The translations under genes were made by a program, and so were the position numbers. 64,000 nt of DNA from a virus. Where the stretch lies: the IMG/VR virus record IMGVR_UViG_3300025151_004231, positions 1 through 64,000 of that record; one strand, given 5' to 3'. A model generated the notes under the pieces. It was not told the DNA's origin. It searched no databases and worked only from the letters and a program-made list of their open reading frames with translations. Below, piece after piece: positions 27,670 to 37,137 of this stretch (its first letter is position 1; every line of letters begins with the position of its first letter).

Positions 27670-28831
27670 CTTTGATTACCTTGTTGATTTTCTTTTTGAT
27701 GCTAGGGCTAATGTAGTTGTACAAGTCCTTACCATTGTCTTTATGAGACAATACGATATCAGGGACAGAGAACGTACCACCCAACTTCTGATAGACTTTA
27801 AGAACGATATTCAGAGCGGCTGTGTCATGTACAGACTTAGAAGCACCAAACACATCTTTAGAGTATCCAGAGTAGGCATCACTAGCAATTGTTCTTAACT
27901 GAGCAGGATTAGTAAAGAATGTCTTAATGATTGCATTGATATGATCTAAGAATTCTTCATACTCAGGAGTATCAGTTGGAGTGTTTGCTTTCTGATATAA
28001 CAATCGGCTTATACCCATTTCACCAGCATCGACAACTTCTGACTTCCAATACTTGTCGTGGAAGTTAACCATGAACGTCAGACATTCGGGCTTGATAGTT
28101 TTGATTGCGTTCAAATGAGTCAATGTACCTGGGATGCCTGAGTTTTGTTGATCATCTGCTTTGATAGGATATACACCTGCATCTTCACAGATTGTCTGCT
28201 TATCAGCGGCCAGTGCATACTCTTGCTTGTTGTTATTGTCTAAACGATAACTCAACACACGTTGTTTGTGGTTGTCGTATTCGTCTATTTTCTTCTTACC
28301 AACGCCGTTGATAAACGCAAAGTGTTCACGTGCAAACGACCTATCATCTGTTTCAACATAAAGAACATCAACTTCCATTTCGTCCCAGTCTTCATGTTCT
28401 ACTTCATCAATCAAATCTGCTTGTGCTAGTTTGGCTAGAGTCACTACAGTATGCTGACCGTCAGTACAATGATAAACTTCTTCATTGGGCTCTTTAACTG
28501 CAAAGATTGGATTGACTCGTCTTGGGTCAAATCCTTTTACAATGTTAGTGATATGCATGGTATCCATTTCACGTTGGATATCTTCGTCAATTAAGATGTT
28601 CTTAATTGGAACCATTTTATGCTGGGGCAATTGCTTGATAGAAAAACTAGTACCCAACTTGTAATAGTCTTCGACTGCATCATGTATGCCTTGATTATTA
28701 GGCTTGTTGACTTCTTCAAGTCGATCTGCAATCGTTTTGACATAGAACTCGTTTGGATCTCTGTCTAACTGATTAACAACTTTCCTAGTCTGTTTAGTTG
28801 TACTAGGTACCCATTCAATTGGAAAATTCAT
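27650..28831 (-). CDS. ParB/Srx-like (DGQH motif) protein
   Basis: IDEDIQR...FDP...DGQHT...F..IN. Confidence 0.6.
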   Translation of the reverse strand: MNFPIEWVPSTTKQTRKVVNQLDRDPNEFYVKTIADRLEEVNKPNNQGIHDAVEDYYKLGTSFSIKQLPQHKMVPIKNILIDEDIQREMDTMHITNIVKGFDPRRVNPIFAVKEPNEEVYHCTDGQHTVVTLAKLAQADLIDEVEHEDWDEMEVDVLYVETDDRSFAREHFAFINGVGKKKIDEYDNHKQRVLSYRLDNNNKQEYALAADKQTICEDAGVYPIKADDQQNSGIPGTLTHLNAIKTIKPECLTFMVNFHDKYWKSEVVDAGEMGISRLLYQKANTPTDTPEYEEFLDHINAIIKTFFTNPAQLRTIASDAYSGYSKDVFGASKSVHDTAALNIVLKVYQKLGGTFSVPDIVLSHKDNGKDLYNYISPSIKKKINKVIKDGKDSA

Positions 28832-28857
28832 TTTCGCTCCTGTGTGTGTATTCTTTT

Positions 28858-28885
28858 ATTATACTGCCTTTGGTTTCTTTGTCAA
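28858..28885 (-). promoter_or_regulatory. sigma70 promoter
   Basis: TTGACA-16-TATAAT. Confidence 0.7.
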
Positions 28886-29116
28886 GTCTTTTTTCTTATT
28901 CTTTTTATCAAAATAGACTCTAACATAATATTTTCTTGTAACTGCAATCCAAAACAGAATGAAAGTATTAGTGATTGATACCCCAAAAGGACCAAACAAA
29001 AATACAGTCATTGTCAAATAATTAAGTGCCCAAATCAACGGAAAGTTGATCAAAGTAGCAAGTATAGTGTCCCCAATTGATTCTTTGAGGGCTTGATGAT
29101 TGAGACCTAATCGCAT
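28859..29116 (-). CDS. small membrane protein
   Basis: two TM segments; R.Y.VR..F. Confidence 0.6.
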   Translation of the reverse strand: MRLGLNHQALKESIGDTILATLINFPLIWALNYLTMTVFLFGPFGVSITNTFILFWIAVTRKYYVRVYFDKKNKKKDLTKKPKAV

Positions 29117-29442
29117 TACTTGTCAGCACCAACAGGACTTTCCCCAGCAACAAATGCCGCTAACTCGTCATAAGGTGGAAGACTTTCTGCATACACCATT
29201 AACTTAAGAACTTCAGAGGGAGACATGTAACCTTGTACATCATCACCTTGATATTGAACAAACCCGTCTTTAGTCATCAAAGCCGTTTCTGCTGTATCAC
29301 TTGCTGGTACAGCCTGACCCCAATCCTCAAAAGGTAAGTCTCGGTTCGTGCAATAGTTGCCACCACCAAACTGAACGGATACTGTGTACCCGTTCTTGTA
29401 AGTGATTTTAAAACCTTTTTGGTTATCGATTTGAAAACTCAT
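29116..29442 (-). CDS. hypothetical phage protein
   Basis: KGF..T..NGYTVSVQFG.GNYC. Confidence 0.7.
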   Translation of the reverse strand: MSFQIDNQKGFKITYKNGYTVSVQFGGGNYCTNRDLPFEDWGQAVPASDTAETALMTKDGFVQYQGDDVQGYMSPSEVLKLMVYAESLPPYDELAAFVAGESPVGADK

Positions 29443-29858
29443 TAAACAGCCTCTGCAATTTTAGCAAGCCTTTCGTCTCTGTAATCCAGAGCACCTTCGC
29501 CTAAGTAGATGTTACCATCTTCTGCTCTGTAAAGATTATCCAATGATGCTGAATCATCTTTTTGTCTTTGAAGAACAGAGAACTCAGCCTGTTCAAAAGT
29601 GATAGCACCAATTTGAACAAAGTCCAACAGCATGTCTGCAAAAGGAATAGCACCGTTTGATTTCCAAACAGTTAGACCATCTACTTGAGCAGTATCTTCA
29701 AACTTCTCCTCGATGCTTTTTGAGAAGTTGTTACCTTTCTGTGATGTGAAAAGAACATCGCCTGTAAAAGTTTTGTTCTCATCGTTTATAGATGCAAGTC
29801 CAAAACGTTCTTTTCTTACTGTTTCGCCTGCGATTTCTACTGTGTTTTCTAATATCAT
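29442..29858 (-). CDS. hypothetical early phage protein
   Basis: ORF after strong promoter. Confidence 0.65.
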   Translation of the reverse strand: MILENTVEIAGETVRKERFGLASINDENKTFTGDVLFTSQKGNNFSKSIEEKFEDTAQVDGLTVWKSNGAIPFADMLLDFVQIGAITFEQAEFSVLQRQKDDSASLDNLYRAEDGNIYLGEGALDYRDERLAKIAEAV

Positions 29859-29896
29859 AAAATTACCTGTTGTTAATTGTTCAAAGTATACATACT

Positions 29897-29925
29897 ATTA
29901 TACGGTATTTCGACCCAAATGTCAA
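29897..29925 (-). promoter_or_regulatory. sigma70 promoter (same family as 1110, 6006, 6591)
   Basis: AAAAAGGCTTGACATTTGGGT...TATAAT on the minus strand. Confidence 0.85.
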
Positions 29926-30007
29926 GCCTTTTTACCCATTATTTCGCCTAATAAAATCAATAACTTAGAAAAAAGTTTTACAAGGTGTAACAGGGCATAA
30001 GTAATAT

Positions 30008-30123
30008 TGTATGCGATAGTCTTCAAAAGTGCTTGGCTATGTGCCTTGTGTACAAGTGAGACAGTAGCAGAGAAAAATTATCTGCATAAGATACAACCCG
30101 GACAGCACGGGCTATCCCATACA
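30008..30123 (+). ncRNA. structured 5' leader or ncRNA with long-range closing stem
   Basis: TGTATGCGATAG/CTATCCCATACA closes several internal hairpins. Confidence 0.45.
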
Positions 30124-30155
30124 CTTTACACATACATACACAAAAGGAGAATATT

Positions 30156-30368
30156 ATGTCTAAATCAGGATTTGAAATCAGAGCGGATTTGCTCAACCAA
30201 GCACAAGGTATCTTAGAGTGCAATCTACAAAGAAAAATACAATCAGCCCAAGAGTGGAATGCCTATCATCAGGATGATCAACGAGAGGTTCCTAGTGATG
30301 AAATTAGCACTGCTGATGTTATTAAGGCTGCCAAAGAACTTTACGAGTTCGTAAACGACAAACAGTAA
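30156..30368 (+). CDS. conserved phage hypothetical protein
   Basis: AAGGAGA SD; GFEIRADLL...VIKAAKELYEFV. Confidence 0.75.
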   Translation: MSKSGFEIRADLLNQAQGILECNLQRKIQSAQEWNAYHQDDQREVPSDEISTADVIKAAKELYEFVNDKQ

Positions 30369-30383
30369 CAATTAGTACAAAAG

Positions 30384-30410
30384 AAAAAAGGGACTTAAGT
30401 CCCTTTTTTT
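30384..30410 (+). terminator. intrinsic terminator
   Basis: AAAAAAGGGAC-TTAA-GTCCC-T7. Confidence 0.85.
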
Positions 30411-30421
30411 ATACACATGAG

Positions 30422-30509
30422 TATAAATACTTATGTGTTGCATATTGCAATATGTAACGAAATAATCGAAAGTTCAATCGCACTAGGGATCGACCATTGA
30501 TCCCTTTTT
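30422..30509 (+). ncRNA. candidate late small RNA (promoter, hairpin, terminator)
   Basis: TATAAATA 30422-30429; palindrome GTTGCATATTGCAATATGTAAC; AGGGATC/GATCCCT plus T-run. Confidence 0.45.
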
Positions 30510-30512
30510 ATT

Positions 30513-31109
30513 TTAACTGTCGTCTCTGTTCTTAACAATCTCGTCAACTAGCCCATACTCTAATGCTTCTTGGGCATTCATAAATCTATCTCTTTCCATA
30601 TCAGCAGATAGTTCTTCAAATGTTTTGCCTTTAGAGTTATGCTCAACATAAATCTCAGTTAGATACTTCTTCATTTCTAAGATTTCTTTAACTTGGATTT
30701 CCATATCAGTTGCTTGACCTCTTGCACCACCTGAAGGTTGATGAATCATGTGTCTAGCCCTAGGAAGCATTTTACGTTTGCCGGCAGTACCTGCTTGTGC
30801 TAACAGACTGCCCATAGACGCGGCTTGTCCCATAACAATTGTATTAATGTCTGGCTTGATAAATTGCATTGTATCATAGATAGCCATACCTGCTGTAACA
30901 CTACCGCCTGGAGAATTAATATAGACATTAATATCTGCTTCACTATTCTCACTTTCTAAGTAGAGTAATTGTGCTACAATTAAGTTAGCCATAGTATCAT
31001 GTACTTCACCTTCTAACAGAATAACACGATCACGTAGTAATCTACTATAAATGTCGTAACTACGTTCACCACGACTTGTTTGTTCTAAAACCATTGGTAC
31101 TAATGCCAT
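30513..31109 (-). CDS. clpP: ATP-dependent Clp protease proteolytic subunit
   Basis: [30 protein letters not shown]: catalytic triad intact. Confidence 0.97.
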   Translation of the reverse strand: MALVPMVLEQTSRGERSYDIYSRLLRDRVILLEGEVHDTMANLIVAQLLYLESENSEADINVYINSPGGSVTAGMAIYDTMQFIKPDINTIVMGQAASMGSLLAQAGTAGKRKMLPRARHMIHQPSGGARGQATDMEIQVKEILEMKKYLTEIYVEHNSKGKTFEELSADMERDRFMNAQEALEYGLVDEIVKNRDDS

Positions 31110-31179
31110 AAAATTTCCTCTAATTGTTTCGTAAAGTATGCATTATACTTGTTTTGTATATTATATGCAACACTTTTGG

Positions 31180-32085
31180 CTATGTTAATGTTACCGAACT
31201 TACAAATTGTCTCTTTTGTATTTCAGTTACTACTTGTTCAGGCGACAAATGTGTTTGCAGTTTTGCTAACGGAATGTTTCCTGGTCTATTGTATATATGA
31301 CCGTAATCATATCTACTATCATAAAATTCTTTATTTTCATCGTAATGTTTTTTGTACATCTTACGAAAGTTATTGACAGTTTCAGTTTTTGTGCCAAAGT
31401 ATCTGATAACAAAATCACTTGCGTAATGTCTAAAGGGTTTGTATGCTTCGTCACCGATATGATGATCGTCATCAATGGCCATGTCTTGTAAGGTCTTTCC
31501 TATCTCTACATATAACAAATATACAGTTCCAAATTCAACATGATCTGTAAAGTGTTCATAGTCATCATCTTCTAATGTTCTAATGCCTGGACCTCTTGGT
31601 TGATCATAATAAGTTACTAAATGCGTTGGCATCATTTTTCTAACAGTTCCCTCAGCCATTGCTTCACATCTATGTACTTCTAAATTTAATTGTCCTAATG
31701 CTCGTTGAACATTTACTGGTGCTGAGATAAAGAACTCATGCGGCTCATTAAGCATTCCGTGATAGACTTCAAAGATATGATGTAAGTAATTAAGGTCGTC
31801 TTGTATCAACTCAGGCGTCATTCTGCGTTCTACAAAGCCCGGTCTATACTCGTTAATAGTATCTACGCATTGATTGATTGCATTGACTGCTTTTATGCGT
31901 TCTATTTCTAATGTATCAAACCCATACATTCTTTCAGGATTATCTATTGTATATTTTTTACTAGCCTCATCTAACAATTTAGCCCATCGTTGTGCAATAG
32001 GAGTCTCATTGATATTGTAATCTAATGTGAGATCGTGTCGCCAAGATTTTGATTGTGAGTATGTTACATGTAATTTTTTATACAT
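31180..32085 (-). CDS. hypothetical protein
   Basis: long ORF; LNYLHHIFE and VHRCE motifs; late promoter. Confidence 0.7.
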   Translation of the reverse strand: MYKKLHVTYSQSKSWRHDLTLDYNINETPIAQRWAKLLDEASKKYTIDNPERMYGFDTLEIERIKAVNAINQCVDTINEYRPGFVERRMTPELIQDDLNYLHHIFEVYHGMLNEPHEFFISAPVNVQRALGQLNLEVHRCEAMAEGTVRKMMPTHLVTYYDQPRGPGIRTLEDDDYEHFTDHVEFGTVYLLYVEIGKTLQDMAIDDDHHIGDEAYKPFRHYASDFVIRYFGTKTETVNNFRKMYKKHYDENKEFYDSRYDYGHIYNRPGNIPLAKLQTHLSPEQVVTEIQKRQFVSSVTLT

Positions 32086-32108
32086 GCATATATTTAATTG
32101 CTGTCAGG

Positions 32109-32567
32109 CTATAGAGAATCTTTTGGCAGTTCCCAAGGACCATATGTGCCTTGATCCAATGAGATGTCAACCATATCTTTAAAACTATATGTCTTGTATT
32201 CGTCTGAATTACTAGGATCAACATTGCCAACAGCATAATAGATTTGTTTGGGCATTTCAATAGTACGACCATTTGAATAGTCTAAGACAGTATCTCCTAT
32301 CTCTACCCATGCATGACCATGTTGTACTCCCTTGATCGGCCCCTGACCTGTTACAATTGCATGTACAAGTTTGGCTTCAGGATGCTCTTTAAAAACTTCA
32401 TAGAGTTTCTTATACGCCGCTTCAAAACAGTCACCAACAGGTGCTTCAAACTGATCATCAACTTCTAATAGTTGCCAGTTATCTCCGGTGTATTTTTCTG
32501 TCAGAAACTCTACTGCTCTCATCTTATGTCCAAGACTTCTTTTTGCCTCCGTCATACTCTCTTGCAT
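32109..32567 (-). CDS. hypothetical protein with transglutaminase/papain-like C-H-D pattern
   Basis: GDCFEAA...GHAWVE...LD. Confidence 0.5.
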   Translation of the reverse strand: MQESMTEAKRSLGHKMRAVEFLTEKYTGDNWQLLEVDDQFEAPVGDCFEAAYKKLYEVFKEHPEAKLVHAIVTGQGPIKGVQHGHAWVEIGDTVLDYSNGRTIEMPKQIYYAVGNVDPSNSDEYKTYSFKDMVDISLDQGTYGPWELPKDSL

Positions 32568-32940
32568 GACCTTCTTCCATTAGCATTTGACATATATCTC
32601 TACCGTCAAACGTATATGGAATGCCTAAGATTCTACCATATTTGCCTTTACCTAATGATTGTATCTTAAACTTTTTGTTTTCTTCGCAGATTTCTTTCAG
32701 TCTTGCTTTAGCGGCGAGACCTAAAACTTTTTCTTCTTTGTTTCTAGTTCTGCTTTCTGGTGTATCGATTCCTGCTAATCTAACTCTTTGGTTATATAAT
32801 AGTACATTGAATCCTAGGTCCAATGTTACATCGATTGTGTCTCCGTCTACTACCTTAACAAGTGTACATTCATACACAAATGGTTCGACTTGTTTATTCT
32901 GTACATTGATAGGCGTTTTTGATTTTTTTGCTTTTGCCAT
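32524..32940 (-). CDS. thermonuclease (SNase family)
   Basis: VVDGDTI, VRLAGIDTPE, KYGRILG. Confidence 0.9.
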   Translation of the reverse strand: MAKAKKSKTPINVQNKQVEPFVYECTLVKVVDGDTIDVTLDLGFNVLLYNQRVRLAGIDTPESRTRNKEEKVLGLAAKARLKEICEENKKFKIQSLGKGKYGRILGIPYTFDGRDICQMLMEEGHAREYDGGKKKSWT

Positions 32941-34493
32941 TATCTTTTATTCCTTCCGACACCTTTAGTTGGTTGTCGTTTCTTAAATATATCAGTAACA
33001 TCTTTGCTACCGCCCTTTGTTATTGCTTTAGTATCTTTTGCAAAGTCTTTTGGTGTGTCATTCATTTTAACTTCTTCACCATCACCTTCACTTGGTTCGT
33101 CAATGACAGTTTTAGGTGGTGTGTTTGCTAGTTTAAATGAGAATCCACCCTTAGTAGGATCAGTTGCACCTGACTTAGATTCTAATGATACTTTACCTTC
33201 TAGTTTTGCAGGCCACTGAGTAGCAAATGTCATAACTTTAGGACCCTTTTTAGTACTTACATCAGCATATTGCTGAATAAAGTTCATATCTAAAATCTCA
33301 AGTATCACTTGCTGAAACTCTGGGAATGCTCCTCCCTCGTTTACTGCTTCCATGACTGCTTTCTTAACTACATAAGTAAGTTTACCTCCATCAGAGGAAG
33401 GCTTTTTAAATTCTGTATCTGCCCATAGACTTTCATATTCTTCCATTTCAATTGGATTCTGTGTCTTAAATGCTTTAACACTTTCTGATGCTTCATCAAT
33501 CGTTTGATCATTGAAAGGCAAGAAAGGTTTGAATTTATCTGGTATTGCATCAGGTTTATATCTTGCTAGTACGTTCATAGCATAGAATACTGAAGAAACT
33601 GTCTTAGGCGTTGGTATAGGGGCATCTGATTGACATATTTCAATGAACTTCATCGATGCTTCAAATGCAGGATTTTCTTTTATACTGTCTGGTATCTTTA
33701 ATCCGCTGATACTAGGTGGTGCACCTCCCCCTTTGCCTTTACTAGAAATATTAATTGTGTGATTTGTAGTTGCGTTTTTAATCGCCGCAAAACTGTCAGC
33801 AATATTTGTGTTAGCCGCACTCGGAAAGTTAATAATTAAATCACTAACACTACCACCTAACCATTCTTCAAAACTTCTACGTCTTGGAAAACGTGATGTA
33901 CCTTCAATTAATGCTAGTACTCCCAAATACTCTCCTGCATAATCATGTATAGATGCTCTAATCTTAGGAGGAACGTCATCAGGTATAATTGGATTCTTGC
34001 CTTCCATAATATCAATAGCCATCTGTACTACAACTTTACCGTACTCAGTAGAGTTTAGTGAGTCATTAGTAACGATTTCTTGACCTAATTTATTTGCTGG
34101 AATATCTTTATCTGTAATACCAATCTGAGATGGTTTGAGTACTGCTGTTTCTTTACCTACTTCTGTAGTAGATTCACCTTCATCTTGTCCAACGATTGCT
34201 TGTCCACCTAAGTCTGGTGTCTTTAATAATTTGCTAATAGGTAACTCTTCACCAGTTTCTAGTTTAAGTTTAATCGCACCTTTAAACTGATCTTCGTCTT
34301 TTAATCCTTGCAATCTATCTGCTTCACTAGGTTCTGCAATTACTGCTTCTCTATCTACAGTATAAAAGGCCATACCCGTACGAATCATCTCAATAAATTT
34401 GTCAAATCTTTCCTGATACTTATTGATTTGACTGGCACTGAGAGTTACATCTTCGTTGATTAAATCTAATGTGTTAAGTAATGAGTCATGCAT
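32940..34493 (-). CDS. large late hypothetical protein (possible internal virion protein)
   Basis: start moved to ATG 34493, 5 nt after TAAATA; N-terminal ...LINE motif. Confidence 0.65.
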   Translation of the reverse strand: MHDSLLNTLDLINEDVTLSASQINKYQERFDKFIEMIRTGMAFYTVDREAVIAEPSEADRLQGLKDEDQFKGAIKLKLETGEELPISKLLKTPDLGGQAIVGQDEGESTTEVGKETAVLKPSQIGITDKDIPANKLGQEIVTNDSLNSTEYGKVVVQMAIDIMEGKNPIIPDDVPPKIRASIHDYAGEYLGVLALIEGTSRFPRRRSFEEWLGGSVSDLIINFPSAANTNIADSFAAIKNATTNHTINISSKGKGGGAPPSISGLKIPDSIKENPAFEASMKFIEICQSDAPIPTPKTVSSVFYAMNVLARYKPDAIPDKFKPFLPFNDQTIDEASESVKAFKTQNPIEMEEYESLWADTEFKKPSSDGGKLTYVVKKAVMEAVNEGGAFPEFQQVILEILDMNFIQQYADVSTKKGPKVMTFATQWPAKLEGKVSLESKSGATDPTKGGFSFKLANTPPKTVIDEPSEGDGEEVKMNDTPKDFAKDTKAITKGGSKDVTDIFKKRQPTKGVGRNKR

Positions 34494-34504
34494 GATAGTA
34501 TTTA

Positions 34505-35008
34505 TCAGCATTTCTTTAAACACTGATGCTCAAACCATTTGGCTTGCTTATGTACAGTTTTTAATGACAAGCCATAACTGTTGATTTTTTCTCTGTGTTT
34601 AAAAAATGAAGGTCCGTGAGACATAATAGGCTCCCAACCTTTTTTGACTCGTTTGACTCCATCGATGTCCCATTGATATTGATGTGCCATTTCATGTGCA
34701 AGTGTATCGATAAACCACAGTCTACAAAACCACTTATCACTAAGTTGTATTTCGCAACATGATGTAGTCTTTAATGGACGAGGTCTTCCTGCGTCACTAC
34801 AACACATTGCCCACCATGACTGTCTAGCATGAAATGAAAACTTTGGCATGTTAAGTTCGTTATTAAAACATGTAGCATTTAATACTCTCCATGTTTTACG
34901 TGCTACCCATTGATTAGGTCTGAAAGGCAATCTCTTTTGCTGAGAGATTGTAGGTAGTTTTTCGTTTATCCAAAAGTTAAGAAGACGTTCTGCTTTTTCC
35001 TTTTGCAT
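34505..35008 (-). CDS. SprT-like zinc metalloprotease
   Basis: TLAHEMAHQ...HGPSF. Confidence 0.8.
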   Translation of the reverse strand: MQKEKAERLLNFWINEKLPTISQQKRLPFRPNQWVARKTWRVLNATCFNNELNMPKFSFHARQSWWAMCCSDAGRPRPLKTTSCCEIQLSDKWFCRLWFIDTLAHEMAHQYQWDIDGVKRVKKGWEPIMSHGPSFFKHREKINSYGLSLKTVHKQAKWFEHQCLKKC

Positions 35009-35075
35009 ATCTGTTGCTCCTCTGTGTATTAAATTATTTATAAATTTGTTAGGGTAAAATAAAAAACATACGGTG

Positions 35076-35104
35076 TTGACTTACTCATAAATACAATGTA
35101 GAAT
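35076..35104 (+). promoter_or_regulatory. overlapping sigma70 and late promoters
   Basis: TTGACT-17-TAGAAT with CATAAATA in the spacer. Confidence 0.6.
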
Positions 35105-35125
35105 GTAATCCAAAAGGAGATAAAA

Positions 35126-35425
35126 ATGGAAAATGAAATTTCAGTCCTATTAGGCGTAGCAGTTGTTGCCGCTGTCTTTTATTTTTATAGTAAAAGAGAT
35201 AAAAAGTCTGGTACTACACCGACTACAGTAACAACTCCTAAGACTCCTGCTAAACCAAGAGCAAAAGCGGCTCCTAGAAAAAAGGCTCCTGCTAAAACTG
35301 CTCCTAAGAAAGCGGCACCTAAGAAGACTACTGCTAAGAAAGCGGCACCTAAGAAGGCAGCACCTAAGAAGGCTGGCCCGAAAAGAGGTTCTGCAAAAGC
35401 AAAGCCTAACTTGCAAGTAAAGTAA
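35126..35425 (+). CDS. membrane-anchored histone H1-like Lys/Ala/Pro-rich protein
   Basis: N-terminal TM helix, then repeated AAPKK/APKK. Confidence 0.7.
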   Translation: MENEISVLLGVAVVAAVFYFYSKRDKKSGTTPTTVTTPKTPAKPRAKAAPRKKAPAKTAPKKAAPKKTTAKKAAPKKAAPKKAGPKRGSAKAKPNLQVK

Positions 35426-35435
35426 GGCATAGTAC

Positions 35436-36167
35436 ATGATCGATATCGGGTTTGATGTAATCAGTGATCTGAATTTAGAACCTAATGACTCTTTTAATTG
35501 GCATGATAAGCCTACAAGTTTATATTGCATATTAACAGGAAACATTAGTTCTGACATGAGAACAGTAACACAAACCCTGGTGCACCTAAGCCAGCAATAT
35601 CAAGGTGTCTTTTATACACCCGGCATGCTGGAATATGATGAGTGCGATGGTGATATAAATCATAGAACTTCTCAATTAGTAACAATAGCACAAAAGGTCC
35701 CTAATATTGTTATCTTACATCACAACATAGTGATTATAGATGGCGTTGCTGTTATTGGTAGTAACTGTTGGGAAACTGCACATGAGCCCGGTAAATCTAT
35801 ATCAATCGATGATTTAAAGTATAATCAATATCGTTTAGATGATATGGGCTTTTTGCACAAAACTATAGAAAAACTTCAACGTCATTTAGATGTTAAAAAG
35901 ATTGTAATTGTAACGAACGGTGTCCCTAATGAAAACTGTTACTTTGGTCAAGTGCCTGAGTATGTTGAAACTCAAACACCACTAGATACTATTTTAAATG
36001 CAGATAGTGAAAGTAAAGTTACTCATTGGATCTATGGATCATATGATAAACCTGTTGAAGCAACTTTAATACTTCCCCGTAAATCTGATATTCAGTGCGT
36101 GAGCAATCCCCTAGAAGGGAAGAATGTCAAACAATTCAACCCTAAAAGAATTTCTGTTTTAGTTTAA
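35436..36167 (+). CDS. degenerate (probably inactive) metallophosphoesterase-fold protein
   Basis: ISDLNL, TGNI, PGMLEY, TNGVP, WIYGSY in place of DxH/GD/GNHE/THH/HGH. Confidence 0.6.
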   Translation: MIDIGFDVISDLNLEPNDSFNWHDKPTSLYCILTGNISSDMRTVTQTLVHLSQQYQGVFYTPGMLEYDECDGDINHRTSQLVTIAQKVPNIVILHHNIVIIDGVAVIGSNCWETAHEPGKSISIDDLKYNQYRLDDMGFLHKTIEKLQRHLDVKKIVIVTNGVPNENCYFGQVPEYVETQTPLDTILNADSESKVTHWIYGSYDKPVEATLILPRKSDIQCVSNPLEGKNVKQFNPKRISVLV

Positions 36168-36478
36168 GATTCTGCTTCTACTTTGATTTGAAGTGGGTAA
36201 CCCTTTGAACGTGCTTCCAGTGTGACTTCGATGCCTTTTTGTTCTGCAATTTCATAAGGTAAAACTGCTACCGTTGCCGCGCCGTCTCTATGAATGTCGG
36301 CTGTGATATTAGATGCGGTATCTGGATTGTAAGAAAAATAGTCAACTAATGTGTCAACAACAAACTCCATTGTAGTTACTTCATCATTGATGTAAATAAC
36401 TTTAAACAAAGGTGGTTCCTGCAAAGCATGATTTGGCTTAATTTTGCTTTCTGTCGTTGTATCAAATTCTTGTGTCAT
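36164..36478 (-). CDS. clpS: Clp protease adaptor ClpS
   Basis: FKVIYINDEVTTMEFVV...IH..G...YEIAEQK...GYPL. Confidence 0.92.
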   Translation of the reverse strand: MTQEFDTTTESKIKPNHALQEPPLFKVIYINDEVTTMEFVVDTLVDYFSYNPDTASNITADIHRDGAATVAVLPYEIAEQKGIEVTLEARSKGYPLQIKVEAES

Positions 36479-36506
36479 AATCGTTCCTTGGTCTTAGAGT
36501 TAAATG

Positions 36507-36530
36507 TGTGCGTAGCCGAAACTACGCACA
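36507..36530. terminator. stem-loop between hsp20 and clpS
   Basis: TGTGCGTAG-CCGAAA-CTACGCACA. Confidence 0.55.
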
Positions 36531-36546
36531 ACATACCTCTATTATA

Positions 36547-37005
36547 TTATTTATCAGAGGAGATGTCAATAGTTCTGGGTTTGAGTTCCTCAGGTAATTG
36601 ACGTTCTAAGATAACTTTTAAGATTCCATCTGTCATCTTAGCATCTTTCACGTAAACGTGATCTGCTAATGTAAATGATCTCTCAAAGTGTCTTGCACTG
36701 ATTCCTCTGTGCAAATACTCCAGTTCATCATCGACATCTTCTTTTACTTTAGATGCGATTTTTAACTGATTTTGATCTACTTCAATAGAAATACTGTCTT
36801 TACTAAACCCTGCGACTGCAAGTTCGATAACATAATTGTCATCGTCATGCTTAACTACATTGTAGGGTGGATAGTTATCCTTCCCAGCAACTGCGGCTAG
36901 TCTATTAAGGTCATTAAAGATCGAATCGAAACCGATTCCAAATTTATGTATTGAGGGTATATCTAAAGATTTTAGATGTAGGGCGGTTGGTATATTGCTT
37001 GTCAT
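36547..37005 (-). CDS. small heat shock protein (IbpA-like Hsp20)
   Basis: NYPPYN, IELAVAGF, YLHRGIS.R.FERSFTL, DGIL, PEELKPR.I. Confidence 0.95.
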   Translation of the reverse strand: MTSNIPTALHLKSLDIPSIHKFGIGFDSIFNDLNRLAAVAGKDNYPPYNVVKHDDDNYVIELAVAGFSKDSISIEVDQNQLKIASKVKEDVDDELEYLHRGISARHFERSFTLADHVYVKDAKMTDGILKVILERQLPEELKPRTIDISSDK

Positions 37006-37060
37006 AATATTCTCCTTTTTAAAGCAAGATTAAAGTTTGGACCCTTTCGGCATCCATGTG
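37006..37060 (-). promoter_or_regulatory. ROSE-like RNA thermometer in the hsp20 5' UTR
   Basis: mRNA reads UGGAUGCCGAAAGGGUCCA...UCUUGCU-UUAAAA-AGGAGA-N6-AUG; UUGCU can pair with the SD. Confidence 0.6.
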
Positions 37061-37137
37061 AATAAGAAACCTATCTTTTTCACATATGTATTTATCATTA
37101 TATAATGATAAAAAAGTATTTTTCAAGTAATTTTGGG

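Noticed and set aside
30008-30123. Retron msr-msd
   Set aside because: There is a terminal inverted repeat, but no reverse transcriptase nearby.
35150-35557. Minus-strand ORFs with repeated AAFLG or CRFL
   Set aside because: Antisense shadows of the AAPKK-repeat gene, which has the promoter and SD.
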